From an archaeon (GTDB taxonomy: Archaea > Iainarchaeota > Iainarchaeia > Iainarchaeales > JAAZKV01): a stretch of 64,000 nt of DNA. The stretch covers positions 3,063 through 67,062 of the forward strand of contig JBAYJX010000001.1 in the NCBI GenBank assembly GCA_041664905.1, in the 5' to 3' direction. Under the pieces are notes generated by a model, which saw nothing but the letters and a program-made list of their open reading frames with translations, did not search any database and had not been told where the DNA came from. Both the position numbers and the translations under genes were made by a program. How positions within the stretch are numbered: the stretch's first letter is position 1; each line of letters starts with the position of its first letter. Positions 40,193 to 50,375 of this stretch are shown in pieces.

Positions 40193-40582
40193 GTGAGTAG
40201 AATAGCAAACTTTAATTCACAAAAAAGAAAAAACCAAATGAAGTACCAGAAATCTGCTGGACAGCCTAGTGCACCAACTGAAACACAAGTTGAAGGGTAC
40301 ACAAGAATGCGTTTACCTAATCCTAAAGAACTTGAACAATTTGCAGTTGTAACCCAATTAATGGGCTCAAACCAAATAAAAGCACTTTGTGAAGATGGCG
40401 AAGAAAAGCAATTTAGAATCCCTGGAAAATTACTAAAAAAGGTTTGGATAAGAGAAAATGATGTTATTATTATCAGATTATGGGACTTTCAGCCAAGCAA
40501 AGGCGATGTAATTTGGCGCTACTTAGGAAACCAAGTTGAATGGCTAAAAAGAAATGGAAAACTAAGAAACTTGCCATTCTAA
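40193..40582 (+). CDS. eif1a: translation initiation factor aIF1A
   Basis: CEDG..RIPGKL.KKVWIRE.D..WDFQ..KGDVIWRY. Confidence 0.95.
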   Translation: MSRIANFNSQKRKNQMKYQKSAGQPSAPTETQVEGYTRMRLPNPKELEQFAVVTQLMGSNQIKALCEDGEEKQFRIPGKLLKKVWIRENDVIIIRLWDFQPSKGDVIWRYLGNQVEWLKRNGKLRNLPF

Positions 40583-40637
40583 AGTTATTATTCCTTTACA
40601 CAAAACTGTTAAAAGAACAAAGATTTAACTTATTCTT

Positions 40638-41486
40638 ATGAAACCAAAAGAATTACCTTCTGAATCGAATGATGAGTTTCCAAAAGAAAAACTTGTTAAA
40701 GAAGAAAAATTAATCAAAGATGAGAACACACGAAGCGTATTCAACAAAGTCTTTGATAAAGCAACTCTTACTGCAGTAATGGAACTCGCTAGAAAAAAAT
40801 TCTTTGAAGAACTGGAGTTTATTATTTCAACCGGAAAAGAAGGACACGTATTTAGATGTGTATCCGGCAAAAACTATTATGCCCTAAAAATATTCAAAGT
40901 AGATACCTCTGATTTTAGACACATGACAGAATACATTATCGGAGATGAAAGATTCAAAGATGTTAGAAAAGATAAACTAGAAATAGTAAAACTTTGGACA
41001 AAAAAAGAATACCGAAATCTTGAAGATTTTACACGCGCAAAAATAAGAGTACCTCTGCCTATTGCATGGAACAGAAACTGCTTACTAATGGAATTCATTG
41101 GACAAAACGGTGAACCTGCCCCACGCGTAAAAGACAAAGCTTTTAGTGACCCAGAAAAACAATATGAAATACTAGTTGAGTACTTAGCACGAATGATTAA
41201 TGCAAGATTAGTTCACTCAGATTTAAGCGAATACAATATGCTCAACAACGAAGAAGAACTTGTAATAATTGATGTTGGACAAGCAGTAACCACAATGCAC
41301 CCAAACGCAAAAATGTTTTTTGAAAGAGATATACAAAACTTGAGCAAATACTTTTCAAAATGCGGAGTAAAAACAGATTATGATACAATGTACTCTTCAG
41401 TAAAAACTCTCGCTGACAAAATGAAAAAAGACAGAGAAGACAAACAAGGAAAGAAAAAGGCTGATAAAAAACATGCAGACAATTAA
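40638..41486 (+). CDS. rio1: Rio1 serine/threonine kinase
   Basis: ISTGKE, WTKKEYRNL, LVHSDLSEYN, IDVGQAV, HP. Confidence 0.95.
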   Translation: MKPKELPSESNDEFPKEKLVKEEKLIKDENTRSVFNKVFDKATLTAVMELARKKFFEELEFIISTGKEGHVFRCVSGKNYYALKIFKVDTSDFRHMTEYIIGDERFKDVRKDKLEIVKLWTKKEYRNLEDFTRAKIRVPLPIAWNRNCLLMEFIGQNGEPAPRVKDKAFSDPEKQYEILVEYLARMINARLVHSDLSEYNMLNNEEELVIIDVGQAVTTMHPNAKMFFERDIQNLSKYFSKCGVKTDYDTMYSSVKTLADKMKKDREDKQGKKKADKKHADN

Positions 41487-42109
41487 CAAAATTTATTGGA
41501 TAGTGCATCCTGCATACGCAATGGCTGCAGCAGGAAGTAATATTCGTAGAAAACCTGAAGAAGTTGAAGCATTCATAAAACAAAATTGTCCCAGTAATTC
41601 TTCGTGCACAACATGAACCTGATTCAATAGTTGTTCTACTAAGATCCACTTTTGGAATACCTGCCCAAGATAAAAAATACTTAAACTATGTCCATGGGGA
41701 GTATGTAAAAAATGGATTTACCAATGGACAAGAAAAAAGAGCATACAAAGCAGAAAGAGAATTAAGTAAACTAATACGAAGAGTACTTAGAACGAGAAAT
41801 ATAATTTTAACTACAAAAAGAGTTAATGATGCGGAGTCCGCAAGAATAGCCGCAATAGAACTCAAACTAAAATTAGCACAAAAAGGAATAACTGTATCCC
41901 CACGCGCAGAAATGGAATCCTACGGAAGTTGGTGGGAAGTATGCGCAACAAGATTTCCCGAAACAGCATATGAAAAATTAGGGTTAAGAGGAAGACTCAG
42001 AATACCCGAAAGCGGATCAATTAGATACCCCGTAGGTTTAAACCCTCCAAAGGAAAGCAGAGTTAAAAGAATTTATACAAAACACTTAGTTCAAAGAGGC
42101 AAACACTAA
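41473..42109 (+). pseudogene. frameshifted basic orphan, possibly cysteine-hydrolase/isochorismatase-like
   Basis: ATG 41473 frame (MQTINKIYWIVHP) stops at 41616; the +1 frame is open from 41579 to 42109 and contains YGSWWEVC. Confidence 0.65.
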
Positions 42110-42196
42110 ACTAATTTCCAATGGATAAAATCCAAAAACAAGCCAAAGCATTTATTTAAAACCTTCGAATTACCTAATATTTACACAAGTGATGAA

Positions 42197-42715
42197 ATGG
42201 AAGAAATAATTAGAATACCTGAAGAACGAATAGGAGTGCTAATTGGGCCTAGCGGAGCCGTTAAGAAAAAAATTGCAAAACTCACTAAATGCAATATTGA
42301 GGTTAACTCTGAAGACGGAGAAGTAACTGTTGATGGGGAAGGCGAAAAATACTTTCAAGCAATTGACGCAGTAAAAGCAATTGCAAGAGGGTTTTCTCCC
42401 GAACGCGCATTCACAGTATTCAAAGACGATTTTATGCTAAAGATAATTGATATTACTGAATTTGCTGGAAAAAACCCTTCAAATCAAAAAGCAAAAAAGG
42501 GAAGAGTAATCGGAAAAGAAGGAAAAGCTCGCGCAGAGATTGAGAAAAAAACTCATTGCTTAATTTCGGTGTATGGAAAAACAGTAGCAATTATCGGACT
42601 TGCAAGCGAAGTAGAGGGAGCAATAAAAGCAGTTGAAATGCTACTTGAAGGCGCAAAACACGAAACAATGGAAAACTTTCTTGATGGCGGAAGAAAAAGC
42701 CGTTTCGAACTATAA
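42197..42715 (+). CDS. KH-domain rRNA processing protein (Dim2/Pno1)
   Basis: RIGVLIG, AIARGFSPE, GRVIGKEG, VYGKTVAIIG. Confidence 0.93.
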   Translation: MEEIIRIPEERIGVLIGPSGAVKKKIAKLTKCNIEVNSEDGEVTVDGEGEKYFQAIDAVKAIARGFSPERAFTVFKDDFMLKIIDITEFAGKNPSNQKAKKGRVIGKEGKARAEIEKKTHCLISVYGKTVAIIGLASEVEGAIKAVEMLLEGAKHETMENFLDGGRKSRFEL

Positions 42716-42810
42716 AACCCCCAAAAAAACTTAATTTACCCTAAAAAATCGGGGATTGGGAATATAAATCTTTTGGGTTTTGTTATTAGCATAAGAAAAC
42801 CTTATTTCGT

Positions 42811-44544
42811 TTGGTGAGCAGATTGGCTGATGAAAAAAAAACACAAAAAGAAGAGACTTCTGTAAAAAGTGGTTTATCGGCTTCAGAAATTAATCTTGAA
42901 AAAGAATTCAAAGAACACTCAGTTGCTGAGTTCTTTAAGAAAAACAAGCAAATGATTGGATTATATGGAAAAGTAAGAACACTCACAATGGTAGTACACG
43001 AATACGTAACTAATTCTCTTGATGCCTGCGAAGAAACAGGAATTTTACCAAACATTGATGTTAAGATTGATGAACTTGGAGAAGAATACTACGAAGTAAC
43101 AGTAACTGATAATGGTCCGGGTGTATCACAAGAAAATGTTGGAAAAGCATTTGGAAAACTTTTGGCAGGAACAAAATTCCACCGAATGATGCAATCACGT
43201 GGACAACAAGGAATTGGAGCTGCTGGATGCACAATGCTCTCACAAACAACAACCGGAAAACCAACAAAAATAATTACAGGAAAATCAAGCGGAAAAGCAA
43301 TAGCACTAGAACTAACAATTGACCCGAAAATGAACGAAGCAAAAATCCAAAACTTAAAAGAACTTGACAAAGAATTCCACGGAACAAGCGTACAAGCAAA
43401 ATTCAAAGGAGTATTATACAGAGATAGCGATCAAGGAGCTTTAGAATACTTAAAAAGAACAGCAATTGCAAACCCACACGCACAAATCTCACTAAGAGAT
43501 CCAATGGGACAAAAATTTGTTTTCAAAAGAACACACAATGTCTTGCCTGAAAGACCAGTTGAAATAAAACCACACCCAAAAGGAACTACAGTTGATGATG
43601 TATTATCTTATTGTAAATCAACAAAAGGAAGAACAGTTGCATCATTCCTCTCAAACGATTTTGACAGAATGGGTGCAAAAGGAATTGAAGAAATTAAAAA
43701 AAGAGTACACTTTGACATGAACAAAGATCCAAAGACTCTAACTTGGGAAGAAGCAGAAGCAATTGTTAAAGCATTCAAATCAATTGATTTCATCGCACCA
43801 ACAACAGATGCACTAAGACCAATTGGAGAAGAACAAATAAAAAAATCACTCCAAAGCATAGTGCAACCAGAATTCCTAACTGTTTTAACAAGAAAACCTG
43901 CAGTATACGCAGGAGGATTTCCTTTCCAAGTAGAAATTGCAATTGCTTACGGCGGAAACGCAGGAAAGAAAACCGGAGACCAAACCTCAATGGATATAAT
44001 GAGATTTGCAAACAGAGTACCACTTTTATTTGATGCAGGAAACTGTGCACTAACAAAAGCAATTCAAACAGTTGACTGGAAAAGATATGATATAAAAGAT
44101 CCTGAGAATTCCCCAGTAACAGTATTTGTTAACTTTATCTCAGTACACATACCATACACAGGCGCAGGAAAACAAGCAATAGCTGATGAAGAAGAAGTTT
44201 TAGAAGAAATTAGACTTGCTTTAATGCAAACAGGAAGAAAAGCAGGAATTTACATAGCACACAAAAGAAGAGAAGGCGAAAACCAACAAAAAAGATTAAT
44301 GTTTTACAAATACATTCCAGAAGTGTGTAGAGCTTTAAGTACAATAACAAAAGCAAATGAAGATTCTTTGAAAAAGAACATGGAAAAAATGGTACTTGCA
44401 AGACTAAGCATTGATGAAAAGAAAGATGAAGAAGAGAGAAAACAAACAGAAAAAACTCTCGCAGCTGATGAAAACAGTTTTATTACAAAACCAAAAGAAG
44501 AGAAAAAAGCAAAAGAGGATAAAGAAGTAAAAGCTAAGAAATGA
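42811..44544 (+). CDS. top6B: DNA topoisomerase VI subunit B
   Basis: SVAEFF, HEYVTNSLDACE, DNGPG, QSRGQQGIG, RFANRVPLL. Confidence 0.97.
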   Translation: MVSRLADEKKTQKEETSVKSGLSASEINLEKEFKEHSVAEFFKKNKQMIGLYGKVRTLTMVVHEYVTNSLDACEETGILPNIDVKIDELGEEYYEVTVTDNGPGVSQENVGKAFGKLLAGTKFHRMMQSRGQQGIGAAGCTMLSQTTTGKPTKIITGKSSGKAIALELTIDPKMNEAKIQNLKELDKEFHGTSVQAKFKGVLYRDSDQGALEYLKRTAIANPHAQISLRDPMGQKFVFKRTHNVLPERPVEIKPHPKGTTVDDVLSYCKSTKGRTVASFLSNDFDRMGAKGIEEIKKRVHFDMNKDPKTLTWEEAEAIVKAFKSIDFIAPTTDALRPIGEEQIKKSLQSIVQPEFLTVLTRKPAVYAGGFPFQVEIAIAYGGNAGKKTGDQTSMDIMRFANRVPLLFDAGNCALTKAIQTVDWKRYDIKDPENSPVTVFVNFISVHIPYTGAGKQAIADEEEVLEEIRLALMQTGRKAGIYIAHKRREGENQQKRLMFYKYIPEVCRALSTITKANEDSLKKNMEKMVLARLSIDEKKDEEERKQTEKTLAADENSFITKPKEEKKAKEDKEVKAKK

Positions 44545-44568
44545 ATTAAATTTGAGAGTGGATAAATA

Positions 44569-45705
44569 ATGGCAGAAAAAGAACGAGGAAAATCAAAAAC
44601 AGTTGAAAAAGTTTCTCCAAAAGAGATAGCTGACAGAATAAAGGCAACAGCACAATCCATGGTAGGGCAAATCGAAAAACAACAAGACCCAGAATTCACT
44701 ACAATGCAAAGAGGAAAAAGCAATGTTATTTGGGATGAGAAAAAAGGATACTTAGAACTAGGAGAAAAAGAAATAACTAGAACTTTTTTGAATATTGCAC
44801 ATGCTCGAAAATTCATGCAAACAGCAATGATAATGGCAAAAACGCGCGAATATTTAGAACACAACAAGACCGCTTCTATTCGTGAAATTTACTACGAATT
44901 AAAACACACAGTAGCTGACACAAAAGAAAACACTTTTGATGGACAAGATGAATCAGATCCAATCATAGTTGATATCGAACACTCAGTTGACACAATCAGA
45001 GAAAAACTAAACTTACACGCAAATCCAAAAGGAACACTCTACGGAGATATTACTTTGCTTGATCGAATGCACCACAACGATAAATTCAACGCATCAAAAC
45101 TAGGGAGAGGCGGATGGAGCATAATGTCAAGAGTAGAACCGGAAGAAATTGAAATAGTTGATTCTAACGCAGAATACTTACTAGTATGCGAAACAGAAGC
45201 TATATTTGAAAGACTTATTGAAGAAAATTATCCAAAACAAAATAAGTGTATTCTAATCGGAACTGGAGGACAAGCTGCAAGAGGAGCAAGAAGACTAATT
45301 CACAGAGTACACCATGAACTAGATTTACCAACAATTGTTTTCACAGACGGGGATCCATACGGATGGTATATTTACTCAGTAATAAAACAAGGCTCAATGG
45401 CTCTTGCAGCACACTCAGAATTCATGTCCGTTCCAGATGCAAAGTATGTTGGAATGACAATTGATGATGTTAAAGAATACAAACTAGAAGCCGTAACAGA
45501 AAGAATGACTGACGGGGATGTAAAAAGAGCAAAAGAAATGCTTGCTTATCCGTGGTTTCAGAACAAAGAATGGCAAGAACAACTAAAAAAAGCAATTGAC
45601 CAAAAAATCAGAATCGAGCAACAAGCTCTAGCAAACAAAAGACTTGACTTTGTTGCAACACACTACTTACCTGAAAAAATTAAGAACAAAGTATTCTTAC
45701 CTTAA
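44569..45705 (+). CDS. top6A: DNA topoisomerase VI subunit A
   Basis: IREIYY, FDGQDESD, TDGDPYG, IEQQAL. Confidence 0.97.
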   Translation: MAEKERGKSKTVEKVSPKEIADRIKATAQSMVGQIEKQQDPEFTTMQRGKSNVIWDEKKGYLELGEKEITRTFLNIAHARKFMQTAMIMAKTREYLEHNKTASIREIYYELKHTVADTKENTFDGQDESDPIIVDIEHSVDTIREKLNLHANPKGTLYGDITLLDRMHHNDKFNASKLGRGGWSIMSRVEPEEIEIVDSNAEYLLVCETEAIFERLIEENYPKQNKCILIGTGGQAARGARRLIHRVHHELDLPTIVFTDGDPYGWYIYSVIKQGSMALAAHSEFMSVPDAKYVGMTIDDVKEYKLEAVTERMTDGDVKRAKEMLAYPWFQNKEWQEQLKKAIDQKIRIEQQALANKRLDFVATHYLPEKIKNKVFLP

Positions 45706-45706
45706 A

Positions 45707-46165
45707 CTAAATTCTTTTAGGCTGATTCGAAGCAGTTCTTCTTAAAACCGGTTTAGCAGAACCATTTGTTTCTCTACTAGCAATAAATTCCTTAAGAACC
45801 TCGCTAGCAAAAGCTTTTTCTCCACCAAACTTTTTTTGAAGCAAATTAAGCGAAACAGGAACCTCTCTTCGAGCCATACTCTTCAAAAATTTAATCATGG
45901 CCCTCTTTCTCTCCACCCTACGTTTAGCAACCGCAACAATGTTTTGGCGAGTTCTAAAAAGCAAATGATTCTTATCAGAAATATTATTTGCGCGCACTTC
46001 TTCCAAAAGCACATTCTTAACAGTCGTTTTACTAATCCCAAAATGGGTTCCTATTGCTCTAAGCGAAGGAAACTTCCGTGCATTAGTAAAAGCCTTTATT
46101 AGCTCAATTTTTGTTGCTCCAGAAAGCGGAGCAAACACACCATTACTAACTCTTTTTTGCATCAA
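45707..46165 (-). CDS. basic hypothetical protein with HTH
   Basis: SLRAIGTHFGISKTTVKNVL. Confidence 0.55.
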   Translation of the reverse strand: MMQKRVSNGVFAPLSGATKIELIKAFTNARKFPSLRAIGTHFGISKTTVKNVLLEEVRANNISDKNHLLFRTRQNIVAVAKRRVERKRAMIKFLKSMARREVPVSLNLLQKKFGGEKAFASEVLKEFIASRETNGSAKPVLRRTASNQPKRI

Positions 46166-47376
46166 ACCACCTTTTGAGCATTAATTAAAACACTCTCTGC
46201 TTTCTCATTTTCGCCAATAGAAAGCAAATCAAACAATCGCCTAGTATCAAACTCCTTTAAACCAGCCTCATCAACATTCTTTTCTAATAAATCAATTCCA
46301 AAATCTGTTACACTCTTTTTTTCTAAATGCGCTGCTTTAAGAGACTCAATTTTCTTTTCAAAAGAATCAACTGACAAGTTCTTTGAAACTGAAAAAATTG
46401 CATTATTTGGCAAAACAATTGATACATCACTTTGAGTAAAACCTTTTGCGAGAGTACCACAAATCTTTAACCGCACCAAAGGTTTAGTTTCAAAAGTTGC
46501 ACTTGATAAGCACTCATTTATTTTGGCATTCACTGTCGCAACAACCTCTTCAGGCAACGCATTCTTAAAATCAAATTTTGCATAAAACAATTTTCTCTGA
46601 TTCTTAAAAGGAATAAATTCAAGCTTCTTACTTTTTGTATCAAACAAAAAAACTCCTTTCTCTCTTTGGGATTCAAGGTGCTTCATTTGGGTAAAAATAC
46701 TTGAACCGGCTAGAAGAAACTTTTTTTCTCCAATTACTTGCTCATCCTTCCAATGCAAGTGACCATCAACAATCAAATCAAAACCATCGGGCAAATCGCT
46801 TAATGAAAGAGTTGCAATCATTTCATCATCGTCAAATGGAAGAAATTCTTTGAAGGATTGATGAAGCAAAAGAAGGTTAGTTGAATTTTGAATTGGTTTT
46901 GGAGAATATTTTTCTAAGGCATCTTTTGCATGTTTCTCAGGAACTCCCCCCATTCCGTGGATAAAAACTTTTTCCCCATTCTTTTCAAGTCCAATACTTC
47001 CAGCGTGCAAGTGAACCAAACAATTAGCTTCCTCTAGAATTGCAATCGCGTTAGTAAAATCCTTTCCCCTAAATTCGTGGGTACCATGAATAGCAATAAT
47101 TGGAATCCCCTTAACGCAAACTTCACTCGACCCACTTAATTGACACTTCTGTAAAGTTGAGTACTTACTGTTATTTTCATTAAAACACTCAAAAGTTTTC
47201 TTCCACACTTCTTGCTCAGGAACTGCACTGTCAAACAAATCCCCCGCATGGAGCAAATAGTCCGCATTCCTTTCCTTAAAAATCCTAATAGATTCCTTAA
47301 ATCTAGCAAAAGCTTCTTCAAAACGGTCATCAGAACCAAAACCCAAATGCGAATCAGAAAAAATGCCTAGCAACAT
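46162..47376 (-). CDS. mre11: Mre11/SbcD-family nuclease
   Basis: SDSHLG, AGDLFD, HGTHE, LHQ, GHLH. Confidence 0.85.
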   Translation of the reverse strand: MLLGIFSDSHLGFGSDDRFEEAFARFKESIRIFKERNADYLLHAGDLFDSAVPEQEVWKKTFECFNENNSKYSTLQKCQLSGSSEVCVKGIPIIAIHGTHEFRGKDFTNAIAILEEANCLVHLHAGSIGLEKNGEKVFIHGMGGVPEKHAKDALEKYSPKPIQNSTNLLLLHQSFKEFLPFDDDEMIATLSLSDLPDGFDLIVDGHLHWKDEQVIGEKKFLLAGSSIFTQMKHLESQREKGVFLFDTKSKKLEFIPFKNQRKLFYAKFDFKNALPEEVVATVNAKINECLSSATFETKPLVRLKICGTLAKGFTQSDVSIVLPNNAIFSVSKNLSVDSFEKKIESLKAAHLEKKSVTDFGIDLLEKNVDEAGLKEFDTRRLFDLLSIGENEKAESVLINAQKVV

Positions 47377-47423
47377 GAAAAAATATTGCTGAAAAGAATT
47401 TAAATTACCAGCAGAAGCAATAG

Positions 47424-48263
47424 TTAAAACAAAAGCGGAGCAAACACTTTAACCCCAACTAATTTAGAATCCATTTCTGCTTGTGTTAGAGTGCTTGCTG
47501 TAGAGAAAAAAGCCTTAATGTCTTCAAGCGCATAAAACTCACTAGCTTCTTTAACTGAATGAGTTTTTAGTTCTTTAAAACAATTAAATTCAGCTAATTC
47601 ATCCAAATTAGGGATTTTCTTTTCATCCGAGACAATTGCTAAAGTACAACCAGTTTTGAGTAAATTCTTTCCTAGAGCTACTAAATCAGTTTTCTTTGAT
47701 TCCTTCGTTATTAGTAACGCTGCTCTTCCTTGAACCCCTGTAGGCATTCCACTCGCACCTTTAATTGGGGCAAAGTAAAAGTAAGCTTTGGTTTCAAACG
47801 CAATACAAAACACTTCGTGAACCGGATCTTTTAATTTTACTTTAAGCTTTGGGTACGCTTCTAAAAGTTTTCCGCCAAACTCCATTTCAAGTTCCTTTGA
47901 ACCAAATGCTTTTGAGAAACTCTTACCCCTAACCGCAAAAGCCCCTTCTTCTACATGGCCCTTGCACAACTCAACACCCCTAACACACAAATCATTTAGG
48001 TCAGAATAATTTTCTACTCTTGAAAGAAACAACACACTAATTCCAAAACAACTTTTTAGAGAAGAAATTACTTTCTCTGGTTCAGTAGAATGAACAACCA
48101 TTCGCCCAGCAATATTCACTACTCTATCCACTTGTACATTAAAATGCTCAAAATAAAGACGCATGTTTTTTATCAAACGCTTCTCCATAAAAGCTCTAAC
48201 AATCGGCCCCTTAATCACAATCTCTGGAAAAGGCAATAACACAACACAATTTGGCTCAAACAT
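47424..48263 (-). CDS. ThiI N-terminal NFLD+THUMP module with degenerate PP-loop remnant
   Basis: EIVIKG..R.FMEKRL..N, FGI, FAVRGK, G.SGMPTG..GR then no SGGxDS. Confidence 0.8.
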   Translation of the reverse strand: MFEPNCVVLLPFPEIVIKGPIVRAFMEKRLIKNMRLYFEHFNVQVDRVVNIAGRMVVHSTEPEKVISSLKSCFGISVLFLSRVENYSDLNDLCVRGVELCKGHVEEGAFAVRGKSFSKAFGSKELEMEFGGKLLEAYPKLKVKLKDPVHEVFCIAFETKAYFYFAPIKGASGMPTGVQGRAALLITKESKKTDLVALGKNLLKTGCTLAIVSDEKKIPNLDELAEFNCFKELKTHSVKEASEFYALEDIKAFFSTASTLTQAEMDSKLVGVKVFAPLLF

Positions 48264-48351
48264 AAATACCCTATAAAAAAATAGAATTAAAAAGGAAAAA
48301 GAATAACAAAGCCCTTAAAAAAATGGGGGTAATAACCCCCAAAAATTTATC

Positions 48352-49497
48352 CTAATTTTTTGCAACCACTTTTCCATTTTCAAGTCTGTATGCTTGTTCA
48401 GGTATTTTGCTTGCGCGTGTTTGATTAAAGTTAACTTCTCCAGTTGTTCCCCAGAAATTAACTCCTAAGAGAGCAGTTCTGATTTCTAAAACATTTTTGT
48501 TCTTTACTACCCCAAGCGCTTTTGCTATTGCTTTTACTGTATCATATGTAGGATAGGTTGCTAAATCAAGTATTGGAAGTCTTTGTTTTTCTTCTAGAAA
48601 ACTTTTATTAAATTCTTTTGTTTCGGCTCTATTTGCATCCGCACTCCAAAAAGCAAATATTGTTCCATTAGCTGCCCCCTTTGATGCTTCAACAAGGGAT
48701 GGACTTGTTATTGTGGCAGTTGTAATAAATTGCCCGCTAAATCCAAGTTCTCTTGCTTGTCTCATAGCTACTCCAGTTTCATCATAACCCAACAATATTA
48801 ATGAGTCTACTTTCTCGAATTTCATTTTTTCAATTATTGTTTTAAAATCTAATACCCCCGGAGAATAACTTTCAGAAACTATTTTTCCACTAAATTTTTG
48901 ACTTACCCACTCTTTTATTTGAGGCATAAACTGATCCCCGATGAAATAAATAATTCCTGCACTATTACCCTGTTTTTTAGCTTCACTTGAAAGTACATTT
49001 GCTATGCTTTCAGAATCTGTGGCAAGGCAAAACACATTCTCATTTAGTGCTGAGATTAAACTACTACAATCCAGAGGATCAATTAGTATTACCCCATCTT
49101 TTTGTGCTTGTTTTGCAAGCGCAAATATTCCGCTATAAGTATTTACAAGCACTATTTTTGCTCCGTCAATTTGAGTGATTTTTTGGTAAGCTGAAATGGT
49201 TTTTGTAGAAACATATTGATCATCTTCTGTTATGAGTTTTAGTTTCTTTCCATTTATTCCCCCACCAGAATTTATTTCTTTAACAGCTATTTCTGCGGCA
49301 GTAATACTATCCATTCCAAGTACTGCGCTAGGCCCTGTTAGAGGGCCAATCCAGCCAATTGAAATTGTTTCATCGCTTGTTACTTGGGCAAAGAGGGCCG
49401 TGTTCTGATAAGCAATTGCCCCAATAGAAAAAATTAAGACAAATGCAATTAACCCAACAATTAATTTCATTTTATTTTCACCCATAAAATCACCCAT
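48352..49497 (-). CDS. branched-chain amino acid ABC substrate-binding protein (LivK-like)
   Basis: signal/TM, IGWIGPLTGPSA, GAEI-like AVKEIN..GGINGK, YD..GTTG. Confidence 0.9.
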   Translation of the reverse strand: MGDFMGENKMKLIVGLIAFVLIFSIGAIAYQNTALFAQVTSDETISIGWIGPLTGPSAVLGMDSITAAEIAVKEINSGGGINGKKLKLITEDDQYVSTKTISAYQKITQIDGAKIVLVNTYSGIFALAKQAQKDGVILIDPLDCSSLISALNENVFCLATDSESIANVLSSEAKKQGNSAGIIYFIGDQFMPQIKEWVSQKFSGKIVSESYSPGVLDFKTIIEKMKFEKVDSLILLGYDETGVAMRQARELGFSGQFITTATITSPSLVEASKGAANGTIFAFWSADANRAETKEFNKSFLEEKQRLPILDLATYPTYDTVKAIAKALGVVKNKNVLEIRTALLGVNFWGTTGEVNFNQTRASKIPEQAYRLENGKVVAKN

Positions 49498-49563
49498 TAA
49501 CTTTGTTTCGTTTCAAAGTTAACCAAGTACCTTCTGTCACCCCCCATTATTATATTTAGGGGT

Positions 49564-49575
49564 TCTTGTACAAGA
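49564..49575. promoter_or_regulatory. 12-bp palindrome between divergent TATA boxes; candidate TrmB-family operator
   Basis: TCTTGTACAAGA between TAAATATA (minus) and TTTATA (plus, 49580). Confidence 0.5.
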
Positions 49576-49609
49576 CGACTTTATATTACTTTTGAGACAC
49601 TAGCTTAGT

Positions 49610-50368
49610 ATGCTTAATGAATCCTTACGCAAACTAGGTCTAACAGAAGGCGAAATAAATGTTTATTTAGCACTGCTTGACCTTGGCGAATCAACTAAAA
49701 CAGCTCTGGCAAAAAAGTCAAACGTAGCACCATCAAATGTTTATGATATTACAAATCGACTAATTGAGAAAGGACTTGTTTCAAAAATGGAAAAAAACGG
49801 GGTGGCCCACTTTTCTCCCGCAAACCCACAACGCTTAATAGATTTTGTTGAAGACAAGCATAAAGAAATCGAAGAAGAAAAAACAGAAGTGCTAAATGTA
49901 TTGCCTCAACTCCTTTCTAAATTTGGCAAAACAAAAAAAGCACTAAAAATAGAATCCTTTTATGGTTGGCAAGGACTGGCAACAGTATTTAGAGATTTAC
50001 TTTCAGAATGTAATGCAGGAGACGAAAATTTAATCTTTGGAGCAAGCACAGGAACAAACCCCAAACAAGCAGATTTGTTTTTTAATAAATACTCTCGAAT
50101 GAGAGAAAAGAAAAAGATTTTTACAAAAATAATTTTTAATGAAGACGTACGAAACAGACCAGAAAGAATTTCTTTTTTTCTAAAATCCAAACAGTATGAT
50201 GTACGATTTATTGAATCAAAAACCCCTTCAGAAATAATTGTTTACCACAACTGCGCAATAATACTCATACTAACTGACGAACCAATCGCAGTACGATTTA
50301 ACGGAGACGAAGTTGCAAAAAGCTTTCGCGCATACTTTGAACTAATGTGGAAACAAGCAAAAAAATAA
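49610..50368 (+). CDS. TrmB-family transcriptional regulator
   Basis: LGLTEGEINVYLALL..VYDI..RLIEKGLV HTH; C-terminal effector domain ..FELMWKQA. Confidence 0.9.
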   Translation: MLNESLRKLGLTEGEINVYLALLDLGESTKTALAKKSNVAPSNVYDITNRLIEKGLVSKMEKNGVAHFSPANPQRLIDFVEDKHKEIEEEKTEVLNVLPQLLSKFGKTKKALKIESFYGWQGLATVFRDLLSECNAGDENLIFGASTGTNPKQADLFFNKYSRMREKKKIFTKIIFNEDVRNRPERISFFLKSKQYDVRFIESKTPSEIIVYHNCAIILILTDEPIAVRFNGDEVAKSFRAYFELMWKQAKK

Positions 50369-50375
50369 CTAAATA

